Below are positions 1 to 12,000 of a stretch of DNA of 64,000 nucleotides, one piece after another. How positions within the stretch are numbered: position 1 is the first letter of the stretch; each line of letters starts with the position of its first letter. Origin of the DNA: Lama guanicoe (taxonomy: Eukaryota); assembly GCA_013239625.1 (NCBI GenBank), contig MU053934.1, positions 12,435,413-12,499,412 of the forward strand, in the 5' to 3' direction. The position numbers and the translations under genes were made by a program. The notes under the pieces are model-generated. The model worked only from the letters and a program-made list of their open reading frames with translations. It was not told the origin of the DNA and made no database searches.

Positions 1-1830
1 ATCTAATTATTTATTCCAGCATCATATACTGAAAATACTATTCTAACCCCCATTGAATTGTTTTGGCACCCTTGTCAAAAGTCAATTGACTGTAATTGTG
101 GGGTTTTTTTTTGTCATTTTTCAGTTTTATTAGGTGGAATTGTTACAGTTTAACTGCACATATACAACATACTGCATGTAAATATGTATATACAATATAC
201 TGCACATTTTCTTTTTTAGTTTACAGTTATGTAGTGATCATTATTTCTAAAAACAGTTTAGAGATTTAGGTTTTTAGTGAGTGCTTATTTCTTGGCTCTC
301 AGTTCTGTTCTGTCAATCTGTATGTCGTTCCTCATGCCAGAGCCACAGTGTCTTGGTTACTGTAACTTTGTGGTAAATTTTGAAATTGGGAAGTCCTCCA
401 ACTCTGTTCCTTTTCAAGACTGTTTTGTCTGTTCTGGACCTCTTACATTCCCAGATGGACTTTAGCATCAGCTTGTTGATTGACATAGGATTTTTAGAAA
501 CTATCCTTGAGATATTAATTTCTGTGTTGTGTTGGGGAACACAGTCTGCAAGATGAAGGTCTTTTGAGTATATTGAGGCTTCCTTTTTTGATTTAGTGTG
601 TGGTTTATATTTGTAAATATTACTTGGTGTGTTCAAAAAGAATTTGGATACTTTGTCCTTGGGTGTAAATTTTGTGTTTCTTTAATAGTTTGAGCTTATT
701 AATAGTATCCACATTTTAAAAACTGCAACTGTAGAAATAATACAGAGAGATTCCATTATACACTTTGTCCAGTTTCCCACCATGGTGACATTTTGCAAAA
801 TTATAGTAAAATATCACATTGAGGAATTGACATTGGTATAGCCCACTGGTCTCATTTACAGTCCTTAGAGTTATTTGTATGGTATGTGTGGGTGCTTAGT
901 TCTGTACAGTTTGCCATCTGAGTAGGTTCTGGATCTACTACCATAGTCGAAATGCTGAGTGGTTCCAAAGCCACGGGGATTCTTGTGTTGCTCTTTAATG
1001 ACCCCACTCGTGTCCCTCCCTCCACTACCCCTTCCTGATCCCTGACCAGTGGCAGCCACTAGTTTGTCCCCCATTTCTAAAATTCTCTCATTTCGAAGAC
1101 GTTCTGTATAGATGGAATCATACAGTATGTAACCTTTTGGGATTGACTTCTTTTGCTCAGCAGTAATTCCCTGGAGACGCATCCAGGTTGTTGCAGGTAT
1201 GGATGGCTTGTTCTTTCTGCTGCTGAGTGGTATTCCATCATATGGTCGGACCACAGTGTAAGCGCTCATCTGGACTGATTCCTGGTTTTGACTGTGACAA
1301 GTTGAGCTGCTGTGAGCATCCATGTGCAGGATTTTGTTTGAACTTAAGTTTTTTTCTCTCTCTAGGATAAGTGCCCAGGGCCAAGGCAGTTTTCACTTTT
1401 GGGTTTCTGCCGGCTGCTGCAGTAAAGGTTACAGAGGTTGACCAGGACTGTGAGTGCGTCTGTGTCTTGTCCTGCTGCCCCTTTTACCTGTATAACATTC
1501 CTCTTTGCCTCTAATTTTGTCTTAACTTTTAGTTTGTCAGATGTTAAGATTGTAGCTCAGATTTCTTTTGGTTCACATTTGCCTTGTGTATGTTTTTCAG
1601 TCTTTTTGTTTCTACCTGTCTCAGTTTTTAAAGTGTTTTTTGCAGTAAACAAATTGTTGGATACTGGGCTTATATAAAATTCAGCCTGAAAAACTATTTT
1701 ATTGATTAGTTTATCCCATATACAATTATTGAAATTATTATATTAGTGCTAATTTAGATACTCAGTTTTTTTAAGTGCCATTTGTTAAAAAGGATTATGC
1801 TTTCCCCATTGAATTGCTTTGCTACATTTG
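1..1830 (-). mobile_element. Degraded antisense LINE-1 fragments (old L1M; ORF2 and 3' UTR pieces)
   Basis: T-rich L1 antisense motifs (ttggcacccttgtcaaaa, tcctccaactctgttc); minus ORF 871-1323 contains L1 3'-end-like ATTWM..LQ; boundaries approximate. Confidence 0.75.
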
Positions 1831-1849
1831 TTGAAAGTCAGTAGACCAT

Positions 1850-2440
1850 TGTTCACAGCAGCACTGTTTGTAATAGCCAAGACATGGAAGCAACCTAAAT
1901 GTCCATCAAGAGATGAATGGATAAAGAAGTTGTGGTATATATAGACAATAGATACTACTCAGCCATAAAAATAATAAAATAATGCCATTTGCAATAACAT
2001 GGATGGGCCTAAAGATTATCATACTAAGTGAAGTGAGAGAAAAAAATACCATATGATATCACTTATATGTAGAATCTAAAAGAATGACACAAATGAACTT
2101 ATTTACAAAACAGAAACAGACTTAAAGACATAGAAAATAAATTTATAGTTACCACAGGGAAAGAGGGGGGTGGGGAGGGATAAATTGGGAGTTCAGTATT
2201 TGCAGATACTAACTACTGTATATAAAACAGATAAAAAGCAAAGCCCTACTGTGTAGCATGGGGAGCTACATTCAATATCTCGTGATAGCCTGTAATGAAA
2301 AAGAATATGAAAAGGAATATATGTGTATAATTGAATCACTATGCTGTACACCAGAAACTAACACTACATTGTAAACTGACTGTACTTCAATAAGAAAATT
2401 TTTTTGAGAAGTAAAAAATATTAAAACTTAAAAAAAAAAA
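1850..2440 (+). mobile_element. 5'-truncated LINE-1 3' end with poly(A) tail and 17-bp TSD
   Basis: aatagccaagacatggaagcaacctaaatgtccatc... to an A-run ending at 2440; TSD gaaagtcagt(a/t)gaccat at 1833-1849 and 2441-2457. Confidence 0.9.
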
Positions 2441-2640
2441 GAAAGTCAGTTGACCATATATATGTTGGTCTATTTCTGGACTCCTCTGTTTTGTTCTGAT
2501 GAATCACCAGAACCACACTGTTTTAATTAATCTCACTTTATAGTAAGTCTTGAAATCAGTGGTGTTGGTACTCCAATTTTGTTCTTCCTTTTCAAAATTG
2601 CTTTGGCTATTCTAGATTTTTTTCATTTCCATATACATTT

Positions 2641-3804
2641 TATTAAAAAATTTTTTAAGTTAAAATTATATCACTTATATTAAAAAATGTAAGTGATATA
2701 TAATACTTGGCTTTCTCTGTCTGACTTACTTCACTTAGTATGACAATCTCTGGGTCCACCCATGTTGTAGCAAATGGCATTATTTCATTCTTTGTTATGA
2801 CTGAGTAGTGTTCCATTGCATAAACATACCACATCTTCTGTATCCATTCATCTATCGATGGATACTTAAGTTGCTTCCATGTCTTGGCAATTGTGAATAT
2901 GAACATTGGGGCGCATGTATCTTTTTGAATTAGTGTTTTCATCATTTCTGGATATCTGCCTTGGAGGGGGATTGCTGGATCATGTGGTAATTCTATTTTT
3001 AGTTTTTAAAAGACCCTCTGTACTGTTCTCCACAGTGGCTGCACCAATTTACATTCCCACCAGCAGTGGAGGAGGGTTCCCTTTTCTCCACACCCTCTCC
3101 AGCATTTATTATTTGTAGACTTTTTGTTGATGGCCATTCTGACTGGTGTAAGATGATACTTCATTGTAGTTTTGATTTGCATTTCTCTAATATTTAGCGA
3201 TGTTGAGCATCTTTTCACGTGCCTGTTGGCCATCGGTATGTCGTCTTCTTTCTGTTTAGCTCTTCTGCCTATTTATTGATTGGATTGTTTGTTTTTTTTT
3301 ATGTTGAGCTGTATGAGTTGTTTGTATATTTTGGAAATTAAGCCCTTGTCGGTCGCATTCTTTGCAAATATTTTCTCCCATTCCATAGATGGTCTTTTCA
3401 TTTTGCTTGTGGTTTCCTTTGCTGTGCGAAAACTTGTAAGTTTGATTAGGTCCCATTAAAAAATGTTTTTTGCTTTTATTTGTTTTGCCTTGGGAGACTA
3501 ACGTGAGAAATCATTTCTATGATTTATGTCAGAGAATGTTTTGCCTATATTCTCTTTTAGGAATTTTATGGTGTCATGTCATATATTTAAGTTGTTAGGC
3601 TATTTGAGTTAATTTTTGTGTATGGTGTGAAGGAGTGTTCTAACTAAATTGATTTACAGGCAGCTGTCCAGCTTTCCCAACACCATTTGCTGAAGAGACT
3701 GTCTTTTCTCCATTGTATATTCTTGCCTCCTTTGTTGAAGATTAATTGACTGTAGGTGTGTGGGTTTATTTCTGGACTCTCTAGTCTGTTCCACTGATCC
3801 ATCT
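2641..3804 (-). mobile_element. Antisense LINE-1 (ORF2 C-terminus), nested in an older L1
   Basis: Minus ORFs read L1 ORF2 peptides ([58 protein letters not shown]); possible TSD atatacattt at 2631-2640 and 3805-3814. Confidence 0.9.
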
Positions 3805-3814
3805 ATATACATTT

Positions 3815-4516
3815 AAGTGTCAACTTGTCAATTTCTGTTTTTAAAAATCTGCTAGGATTTGTTTGGGATTGTATTGGATAAACAGACCAGTTTAAGGAAA
3901 ACTAACATCTTAACGATACTTCATTTTCCAATCTGTGAATATAGTATATCTCCCCATTTATTTAAGTCTTCTTTGATTTCTCTCAGCAATGTTTTGTAGT
4001 TTTCAGTTTGCAGGTCTTGTACATATTTTATTAAATTATCCTGAAATATTTCATGTTTCTGAGTGTTATTGTAAGCAGAATTAAAAAATGTTTTTTTCCA
4101 ATTTTTCATTCCTAATATAGAAAAGTACAATTACTTTTTGGATATTAACCTTATAAACTGGTTAGTTTGCTAAATTCACTCCTTAATTCTAGTAGATTTT
4201 TTCCTTATCTTCAGCATTTCTGTGTACATAATTGTGTCACCTGTGAGTAAAGACAATTTTAGTTATTCTTTTTCAGTTTGTATGTGTTTTGTTTCTTTTT
4301 CTTGCCTGATAGTGCTACCTGGGATGTTCACTGCAGTCTTGAATAGGAGTGGCTCGAGTCTCTTGTTCCAGTTTTGGGAGGAAAGCATTCAGCTTTGTCA
4401 CCACCAATTGTCCTGATAGTTACAGGTTTTTTAGTGGGTGCTCTTTATAAGATTTAGGAAGTTCCCTTCCATTCCTAATTTGTTGAGAGTTTTTATCATG
4501 AAAGTGTGTTGTATTT
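3815..4516 (-). mobile_element. Antisense old LINE-1 ORF2 (RT and downstream region)
   Basis: Minus ORF 3921-4130 has ENYKTLLREIKEDLNKW, typical of L1 ORF2. Confidence 0.85.
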
Positions 4517-6245
4517 TTATAAATACTCAAACTCAACCATATTAAATGTAAATGATCCAAATACTTCAATTAAAAGGCAGAGAATAACAGGATAACAAAG
4601 GAAGACTATATCAATCATGTGCCATTTAGAAAAGAAACACTTTAATATAAAGATACAAATAGATTGAAAGTAAAAGGATGTTAAAGGGGTTACCAAACAT
4701 GAACCACAAGAATGACATGCTGTGTTAATGTCAGACAAGGCAGAGTTCAAGACACCCTATGTTGCCAGAGAGAATAAGGGACAGTTCAAAATGATGAAAG
4801 AAGCACTTCATCAAGAAGACTCATCAATCCTAAATATAAATACACATACATAATAAAAGGAATTCAAAATGCATGAAGCAAAAACTTATAGAGTCAAAAG
4901 AAGAAATAAATAAGACCACAGTTAGAGTTGGAAATTACAACCCTCCCTTCTTATTTGTTGGTGGAACAAGTGGACACCTAATCAGTGAGGGTGTAGAAGG
5001 CTTGAATAACATTACCAGACAACAGGACTTAATGCCCTGTGCAGCAGCAGCGTAATGAGAACAGTTTTCTGGCACACATGCCACTTCCACCAAGATGGAC
5101 CATGTCATATGTAAGGCCGGCCACGGTGGGGAGATTCAGCCCACTGCTTAGTTTTGTGCAGCTTGAAGTCTAAGAATAGTTTTTATGTTTTTAAAGACAC
5201 ATTAAGAAGAAGGAGGAAAAGAGAAAGAAAAGGAACATCTAGTGGAGACCCTATGTGGCCTACTAAGCTGAAAACAATGACTGTTAGCTCTTTAAAAGAA
5301 AAATTTATTGACCCCCTGTGCCACACATAAAACAAATACCAATAAGTTAAAAGAAAATGAAATCATACAACCCTGCTCTCAGACCACAACAAAAATTAGA
5401 TCTCAGTAACTAAGATATTTAGAAAATCCTTAAATAATTAGAAAATTAAACATTATACTTCTCAACAACCTATACATCAAAGAAAAAAATCATAAAGGAA
5501 ATTAGAAATGTCTTGAATTCAATGATTAATGGAAACATCAAAATCTGTAAAGCAGTGCTTGCAGGAAAATTTATAGCTATAAATGCTTACATTACAAAAA
5601 AGGAAAGGTCTAAAAATCCGCCAAGTTTCTACCTCAAGAAGCTAGAAGAAGAGAAAATTATATAATAGGAAAGAAATGAAAAAGACAGGAGGAATCAGTG
5701 AAATAGAACATAGGCAAATAATAGAGGAAAACCCCCAAAAAATGGTTCCTCAAAAGACCGATAGCATTAATAAACCTTAGTTGTGCTTATGAAGGAAACG
5801 GGGAGGGGGGACAGACGTCTGTACTGATATGCAGGGATGAAGAGGGGGATGTTACCACAGACCTTACCTGGCAGTGAGAGAATAATAAGGTGGGTGTTCC
5901 GAACAACTTCATGCCGATCCTGTAATCAACTTAGATAGAATGGTTAAGTTCCTTCAGCAGTGTGAATTACCAAAATGGAAACAAGTAGAAATCGAAAATA
6001 CCTGTTAAAGAAATGGAATTCATAATTTGAAACATGACCAAAGAGACCTTTAGAGGCTTGGCTTCACTGGTGAGCCCTGGTGAGCAGACATTTTAGGAAA
6101 AAGCGACGCCAGTCCCGAGTGAGCGCAGAGCTGGGGGCGGAGGGGCGTCCCCAGCACCCTTGCCCTTCTTGAGGGCAGCACTCTCGACAGCCAGGGCGGA
6201 CAGAGGCCTTGTGAGGGGAGAGCATGGGGACCAGTATGGCCATTA
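4517..6245 (+). mobile_element. Sense old LINE-1 ORF2 5' part (endonuclease to start of RT), interrupted by a MER58-like element
   Basis: attaaatgtaaatga...aattaaaaggcagag (LNVN..IKRQR-like), MKQKLIE.K.EI, ggcttcactggtga. Confidence 0.8.
5111..5318. mobile_element. MER58-like hAT-Charlie DNA transposon relic
   Basis: ctaagaatagttttatgtttttaaa...gagaccctatgtggcc...tttaaaagaaaaatttattgacccc resembles the recalled MER58 consensus. Confidence 0.6.
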
Positions 6246-6795
6246 GCTACTCCCCCACTGCCTTTTTTTTTTTTTAACTTTTAACCCGTATCTTTATATT
6301 TCAAGTAAGCTTTTTATACTTAGCATATAGTTAGTTCTTGCTTTTTAAAATCTAGTCTGACCATTTCTGTCTTCAATTGAAGTTATTAATCCAGTTGCGT
6401 TTACTTCATTTGTTGATGTGGTCGAGTTTACGTCTGGTAGTTTGCTGCTTTTTTCCATTTGTCCCATCTTTTTCTGTTGCTCATTTCCCTTTTTTTTTTT
6501 TTTCCTTTGTCTTCTTTTGGATTAATCCAGTTCTTTTCTAGGATCCTGCTAGAAAACCGTGTCCCATTTGGTTGATGGGATCTTGTAGTCCACCCAGCCA
6601 CTCACCCCTCTGGCTGAAAACAGGATGCATAGAAGCTACCTCTTACTGCCTTGTCTTGCAGGTTCTTGTTTGGAGAAAAAAAAATGCTTTGGCAAGGTGA
6701 GGGTCTCCCTCTGGTTCCTCTCTCTCCCTAGATTGTATGCTATCCAAGTGTTTTGCATCATTCTGTAGGGCATTTAGGAGAGGGGGGGCATCTGA

Positions 6796-6819
6796 TGTGT
6801 GTGTGTGTGTGTGTGTGTG
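6796..6819. repeat. (TG)12 microsatellite
   Basis: Direct reading. Confidence 0.95.
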
Positions 6820-7708
6820 GGGACAGCCATCTCTTCCTGAAGGCACGTCTAGTAATCATTACTTCTGGTCCCCCAAAGTCTGTTACTGCAACCTGCAAGT
6901 CTCCATCTACACTCTTCACAAGAGAAACAAGGAAGATATTAGGACCTGGATGGAAGCCGAGTGCCCGTCAATCTGTGGACTCCCTTGCACTGCAAGTCCC
7001 TGTGGCTCCCGTTGGAGTCTGCCAGGCCAGCAGAAGGACTGAGCCCAAGAGTGTGCTGGAGGGGAGTGTGCTGGAGGGGCAAGGCAAAGAGTGATACAAA
7101 TCCCTGTGGTGAAGGTGGGGTCAGGGGGGCAGTGGGAAGTGCCCAGAGAACCTGGAGGCAGGTTGGGAGAAGGAGCCTTGTGGGTGGTGGACATTTGAAG
7201 CCAGTTGCAGGTTTTAAAACCCAGGTGAGGGGGGCGTGAAGATACCTGTGTTTTGGAAAAGTGAGTTTGATGCAGTAAAGACAGGAGGTTGTGGAGGGCG
7301 TATCCGGACGGCCAAGAGGCCTGTGTCGGGGGCTCCTGGGTTGCTGGGCTTCACACACAGACAATCTGGGGGCTTCCCATGTGCGTGGAGTCTTACTCTT
7401 CTGAATAAAAATATTAGATCAGTTAAATCCCATCTACGATTAATCATGGTTTTGCAAGCAGTGATTCATAGAACAGTGAAAAGATTTATAATTTCAAAAT
7501 TCAGGTTTACATTGTTAAAGATACAGGCTTTGTGCTTTTCATTCTGCACTGCAGCAACCTAGGCCCCCAGACTGACGTGGACTTACTGAATGGGGCAGAC
7601 TTTGTGCGGTCCAGGCAAAGACAGTAAGGCCTACAGGGGTGGTGGGACGTGGAGGAAGGGCTGGTCAGTCGTGATTTCTCAGGTAGCTGTGGCAAGGCCT
7701 CGTGCCCA

Positions 7709-7726
7709 GTGTGTGTGTGTGTGTGT
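7709..7726. repeat. (GT)9 microsatellite
   Basis: Direct reading. Confidence 0.9.
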
Positions 7727-8775
7727 GGCCTCAGGTGTAGCCCTGGCTCTCGCAGCAAGGTGGAGTGTGAAAGGAGATGCCAGGTAGGTGGGGGCGGCAG
7801 AGGTGCGGAGGGTCAGGCAGAGGGAGCTGCTCTGAGTTTGGCTTGTTGAGGCTGTGTCTGGGAGCTGTGCCAGGATCTTCATGAGACGGCCCCGCAGGGG
7901 CAGCCAAGAGAGCAGGCAGAGAAGAGGTGGGAAAACAGGAGTCAGAAGGTGCCGACCTCACGCGGGGCCACATTGGGCAGCCCTGGGGGATCTGGACCCA
8001 GAATGGACAGGAGCCTGGGTGGAGCCAAGGCCATGGCCTTTATTGGGGTTTCCCTGTGAAGGGCACGGCTGGTCAGGGTGAGCAGCAGAGGGACAACGGG
8101 GATAATCTCGATGCCTCTGAGCTGTACGGGGCAGGCCCCGCTTGCCTGGCCCCAGCTGCGGGATGCTGAAGGCAGGAGCACACGGTCCCCTGGCGAGTGC
8201 GGCCCTGGAGGGCAACCTGCAGGTCACAGGCGTGCTCCCGGGGACCCTGTGTTGTCGCTAGAGTTGGCTGCCCAGGAGGGGCAGTCTTTCCCCAACCAGA
8301 AAGATTTTTAAAGCTGTCAAAACATAAAATGCAAAAAATTAAAAATATGTATGAGACAGAGACATCTGGGGACATGTCCAGTGTTCACCCAGGAGGGGAC
8401 TGGACACTGGGGAAGTGGTTTATAAGTCATTAAATTTTCTGGGGTGGAGGGGCATCCTCAGTCTGCCAGGCAGGAGGTAGGGATGTGTTGGCCTAAGGGA
8501 GCCAAGGTGAGTGAGAGCGCTGGGGGCCTGTCGGTCTCAGGCTGGGGTGGCGGTGGGAGTCCCAGGGGAAGTGAGAGGAGGCAGCAGGTTCTGAGATGCA
8601 GGCGCGGGACGTCCCTGCTGACTTTGGAGCCCGAGCACAGACTCATGGGGGAGCAGCCTCTCCGGCCCAGGCCCAGGCCCTGGGTGGCCTGCAAGACTGG
8701 GGCGGGTTGTGCGGCGGATTCACACAGGGAGCGGATGTGACCCTCTTGTCTGCTTGCAGCTCTGTGGCTGTCACC

Positions 8776-9002
8776 ATGTTCTGGAAGTTTGACTTGAACA
8801 CCACATCCCACGTTGACAAGCTGCTGGATAAGGAAGACGTGACGCTGCAGGAGTTGTTGGATGGGGATGACATCCTGCAGGAGTGCAAGGCCCAGAACCG
8901 GAAGCTGCTGGACTTCCTGTGCCGGCAGCAGTGCATGGAGGAGCTGGTGAACCTTGTCACGCAGGACCCGGCCCTGGACATGGAAGAGAAGGTCCGCTTC
9001 AA
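8776..9002 (+). CDS. PPP6R2: PPP6R2 coding exon 1 (acceptor AG 8758-8759, exon starts 8760)
   Basis: MFWKFDL...EEKVRF(K); donor aa|gtatgt. Confidence 0.95.
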
Positions 9003-12000
9003 GTATGTACTGAAGCGCTGAGCGGCCGGAGCTGGGCAGTGCTCCTGGGAGGCGGTGGGCAGTGTTTGAGGACGGCCAGAGCCAGGCTTTCTGACAGAGG
9101 AGCCGACCTTAAATGATTCCCCCACCTGAGAAGTGAGAAGGCTCTCCGGTGGGGTTTGTTTTTTGTGCTCTCCTGGGTATAGTGTCTCATTCTGGTTAAC
9201 ACAGTGAGTAGCGCTGTGCGGTGGAGGGTTGGGGTGAATATGTGCTGGAAGGAGACTGGTCCCCTGACGGAGAGGCAGACGGGCTGCGTCGGCCTGGCTA
9301 GGTGGGGCGGCACCACCAGCAGGAGGCAGGCCCAGCCTGCTGAAGCGGCCAGGGCCCAGGACAGGTGGCATCTGACCGCTCGATGCTTCACTCTGGGGTC
9401 TTGGGCCCACAGGAAGTATGCTGTGTCATAGGTGGTACCGACCATTCTCAAAGTTTTTCCTTAAATGTTCCATTTGACAGTTGGCTTGGATGTTAGGAGA
9501 TAATAGGAGGGACGGAGTGGGGGCTTGAGGGTGAGGACAGAAGAGTGTGAGCAGACAGGGGCCTTGGGTGACACGGAGGATCAAGCAGACCCAGCCTCCG
9601 GCTCTGAGGGTGCCACTCTGGGCCAAGCAGGTTCTGGAAAGCGGTGGGGCTGAGGGCTAGTGACTCAGGGAATTGGGGCGGACAGGCTGCTCTCATCTGC
9701 TCACGTGTCTCACAGGGGGTCAGTGTGTAGGGCAAAGCCTTAGCATAGGGTTGGCAGACTGTGTCCTGAGGTCACATCCTATTTTGGTGTATCTCTCAAG
9801 CTGAGAATGGTTTTACATTTTTAAATGGTTGAAAAAAATCAAAAGAATGATTTTTTGTTAAACATGAAAATGACAGAATTCACAGTTTGTTGTCCACCAG
9901 GAAGGTCACGTTGGACACACTCACACTGACCCGTTGGTGATGACAACATGGGCCTTCTAAAATACTCTCTGGCCCTTTGCCAGAAGTCTTTGCTGACTTA
10001 GGAAAATAAAGCAGGATAGGGCCACAGTGGGTCAGGACTGCAGTCAGGGCGGCCTGCTGCCTGCTGGGGAGGAGAGCCCGGGAAGAGGCGGGCCAGGCTC
10101 TGGGAGGAGCCAGGCTTGGGGCCGTGGTGACCCTCTGTGATGGGTCAGAGGCTGTCGCCCGTGGGGTGCCCTGCCAGCCTCTCTTGTCTCAGCATCACCT
10201 TTGATGGCCCCTATTCCTTTCGGTCTCTCACCCTCAGGTGTGTCCTGCCTGGTGACCAGTTCAAGGGTCTCCCTGTCTAGACTAGGGTCTGGTGGCTGCT
10301 CTCGGGGAGGGGAGCTGGGGCTGCATGTTGTGGTTCTGGGCAGAGGGAGCGTCGTGCAGTCTGGCAGCGAGGAGGGTTAGACAGCCCGGGTGTGGGCAAT
10401 GCTGGCAGGCAGTTGGTGCAAGCCAAGCACACGTGGTGGTGAGGAGACCGTTGCTGGAGAAGGACGCGCGTAAGCAGGCAGACGCAGCAGTGCCCGCGTG
10501 TTCACGCAAGGGCAGCACTGGTGTGGGTTGGTCTGAACGCTGTGGCATGATTCTATGGAGAGAGCGGGAATGAGCAGCAGGGTGCAGGGGCAGCTGGCGT
10601 GAGGGAGACCTCATCATCCCCCTGGGGACGCCAGTCTGTGGTGTCTGATACTGCTGAGTGAGGCAGCACGTGTGTGTTTTACCCAGAAACATGGTGGTCA
10701 GTGGGAGAGAAAGCTGCTGAGGGACTGGTGACTGTCTCAGGAATGTGACTTGGGAGTGAAAAGGGGCCTCTTCCTCACCAGCCCTGTACATATCACCTGT
10801 GCAACGAAAGTAAGAATTAAAATATTTTAATTTAGAAATCAATTTACTTTAATTGAAAATTAATTTACTTTTAAGTAAAATTGAATCGGGCATTCCTTTT
10901 TGAGAAAAGGAATAATTGGCTGGGTGGAGGGAGGAGGCGGTAGCTGAGGAAGAAGTGGGTCATGGTGACTTTCAGAGATGCAGAGACCAGGAGCGGCCGA
11001 CCCGGAGGTCAGGTTGTCTCGGCTTTGAGCGGGGGCAGGGGTCTGTGTCAAGCTCTCAGCTCTGGCGGTGGGGTGTGCCGGCCCCCTCTGCCCTGCGCAG
11101 GAGCAGCTGTGCTTCAGGGACCAGGACCTGGGCTCCTCCAGCGGCCCTCATGGCTCTGAGGGGAAGCTTTTGCTGGCGGACCTGGTGAGCACCTCAGCTG
11201 GTGTGGCTTCACCCTCGGGGCTGCCGGCCATTATGGAGGGACTTCCTCAAAGTGGGGAAGGCGCCCGGGCCACGCAGGTCAGAGGGAAGCTGCCCTGAGT
11301 CATTTGAGCTTGGGCAGCACACACAGTTTCCGCTAAAGCCAAGGCTGCTCCCTGCAGGGGAGAACTCTGTGGAGAGTCCTAGACTGGGAACTGGCCACCT
11401 GGTCCAGCCCGAGAACCCTAATGATGCTTCTGGCCTTTTTCTTGTGGTTCCTGTACAGTTTGCCTGCTGAGTTCAGGACCGTTTGAGAAACAAGACAAAA
11501 GAGCCAGCAGCTGATGCCAAGATCCCACTTGTGTTAACGTATGCAGCGCTGTGGGGGGTGTCGGTTATGGCCCCGTGTGGAGGGCTTCCTCCTCCCAAGT
11601 CACAGAGGTAGAGCTGATCGCCTAGTGGGAGCAGTGCTGGGTCAGGGCAGGCCCCCAGGAGGGCCCCACCGGAGAACCCTGCCTGCCCTGCTGAGGGGCG
11701 GAGCAGGAAGAGGATGGCTAAGCCCAGCTGCCAGGTGAGCCCTGGGGAGCAGTGGAGTCAGGAAGGGAGGGGCTCTCCACCGTTACAGTTCCCGGGTGCT
11801 CCATCCTCGCCTCGCTCTGATCGTTCCCGTGCCCGCCAGGATTTCGTCTTCCTCGTCTGTTTCCTTTCCCTGGTGAGCAGAAGCCTGAGCAGCTTCCTGA
11901 GAGGGGTGTGTGGGCGGCAGTTGTGGGGCTCGGGCCTGTCTGAGCGCACGTCCCCTTCCTGCTTGTTCTCATCTCCTCTGGTTTTCAGTCCCGACTGGAC

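Noticed and set aside
2655..4130. ORFs with reverse-transcriptase-element peptides
   Set aside because: Fragmented L1 ORF2 remnants with stops and frameshifts, annotated as mobile elements.
7390..7560. AT-rich non-repetitive island with AATAAA upstream of the PPP6R2 ATG exon
   Set aside because: No convincing snoRNA box pair, stem structure or splice-site pair; cannot support a feature without conservation data.
8596..8775. In-frame upstream ATG that would extend PPP6R2 by 60 aa
   Set aside because: The ATG lies in the intron upstream of a clear acceptor at 8758-8759, and the family N-terminus MFWKFDL starts at 8776.
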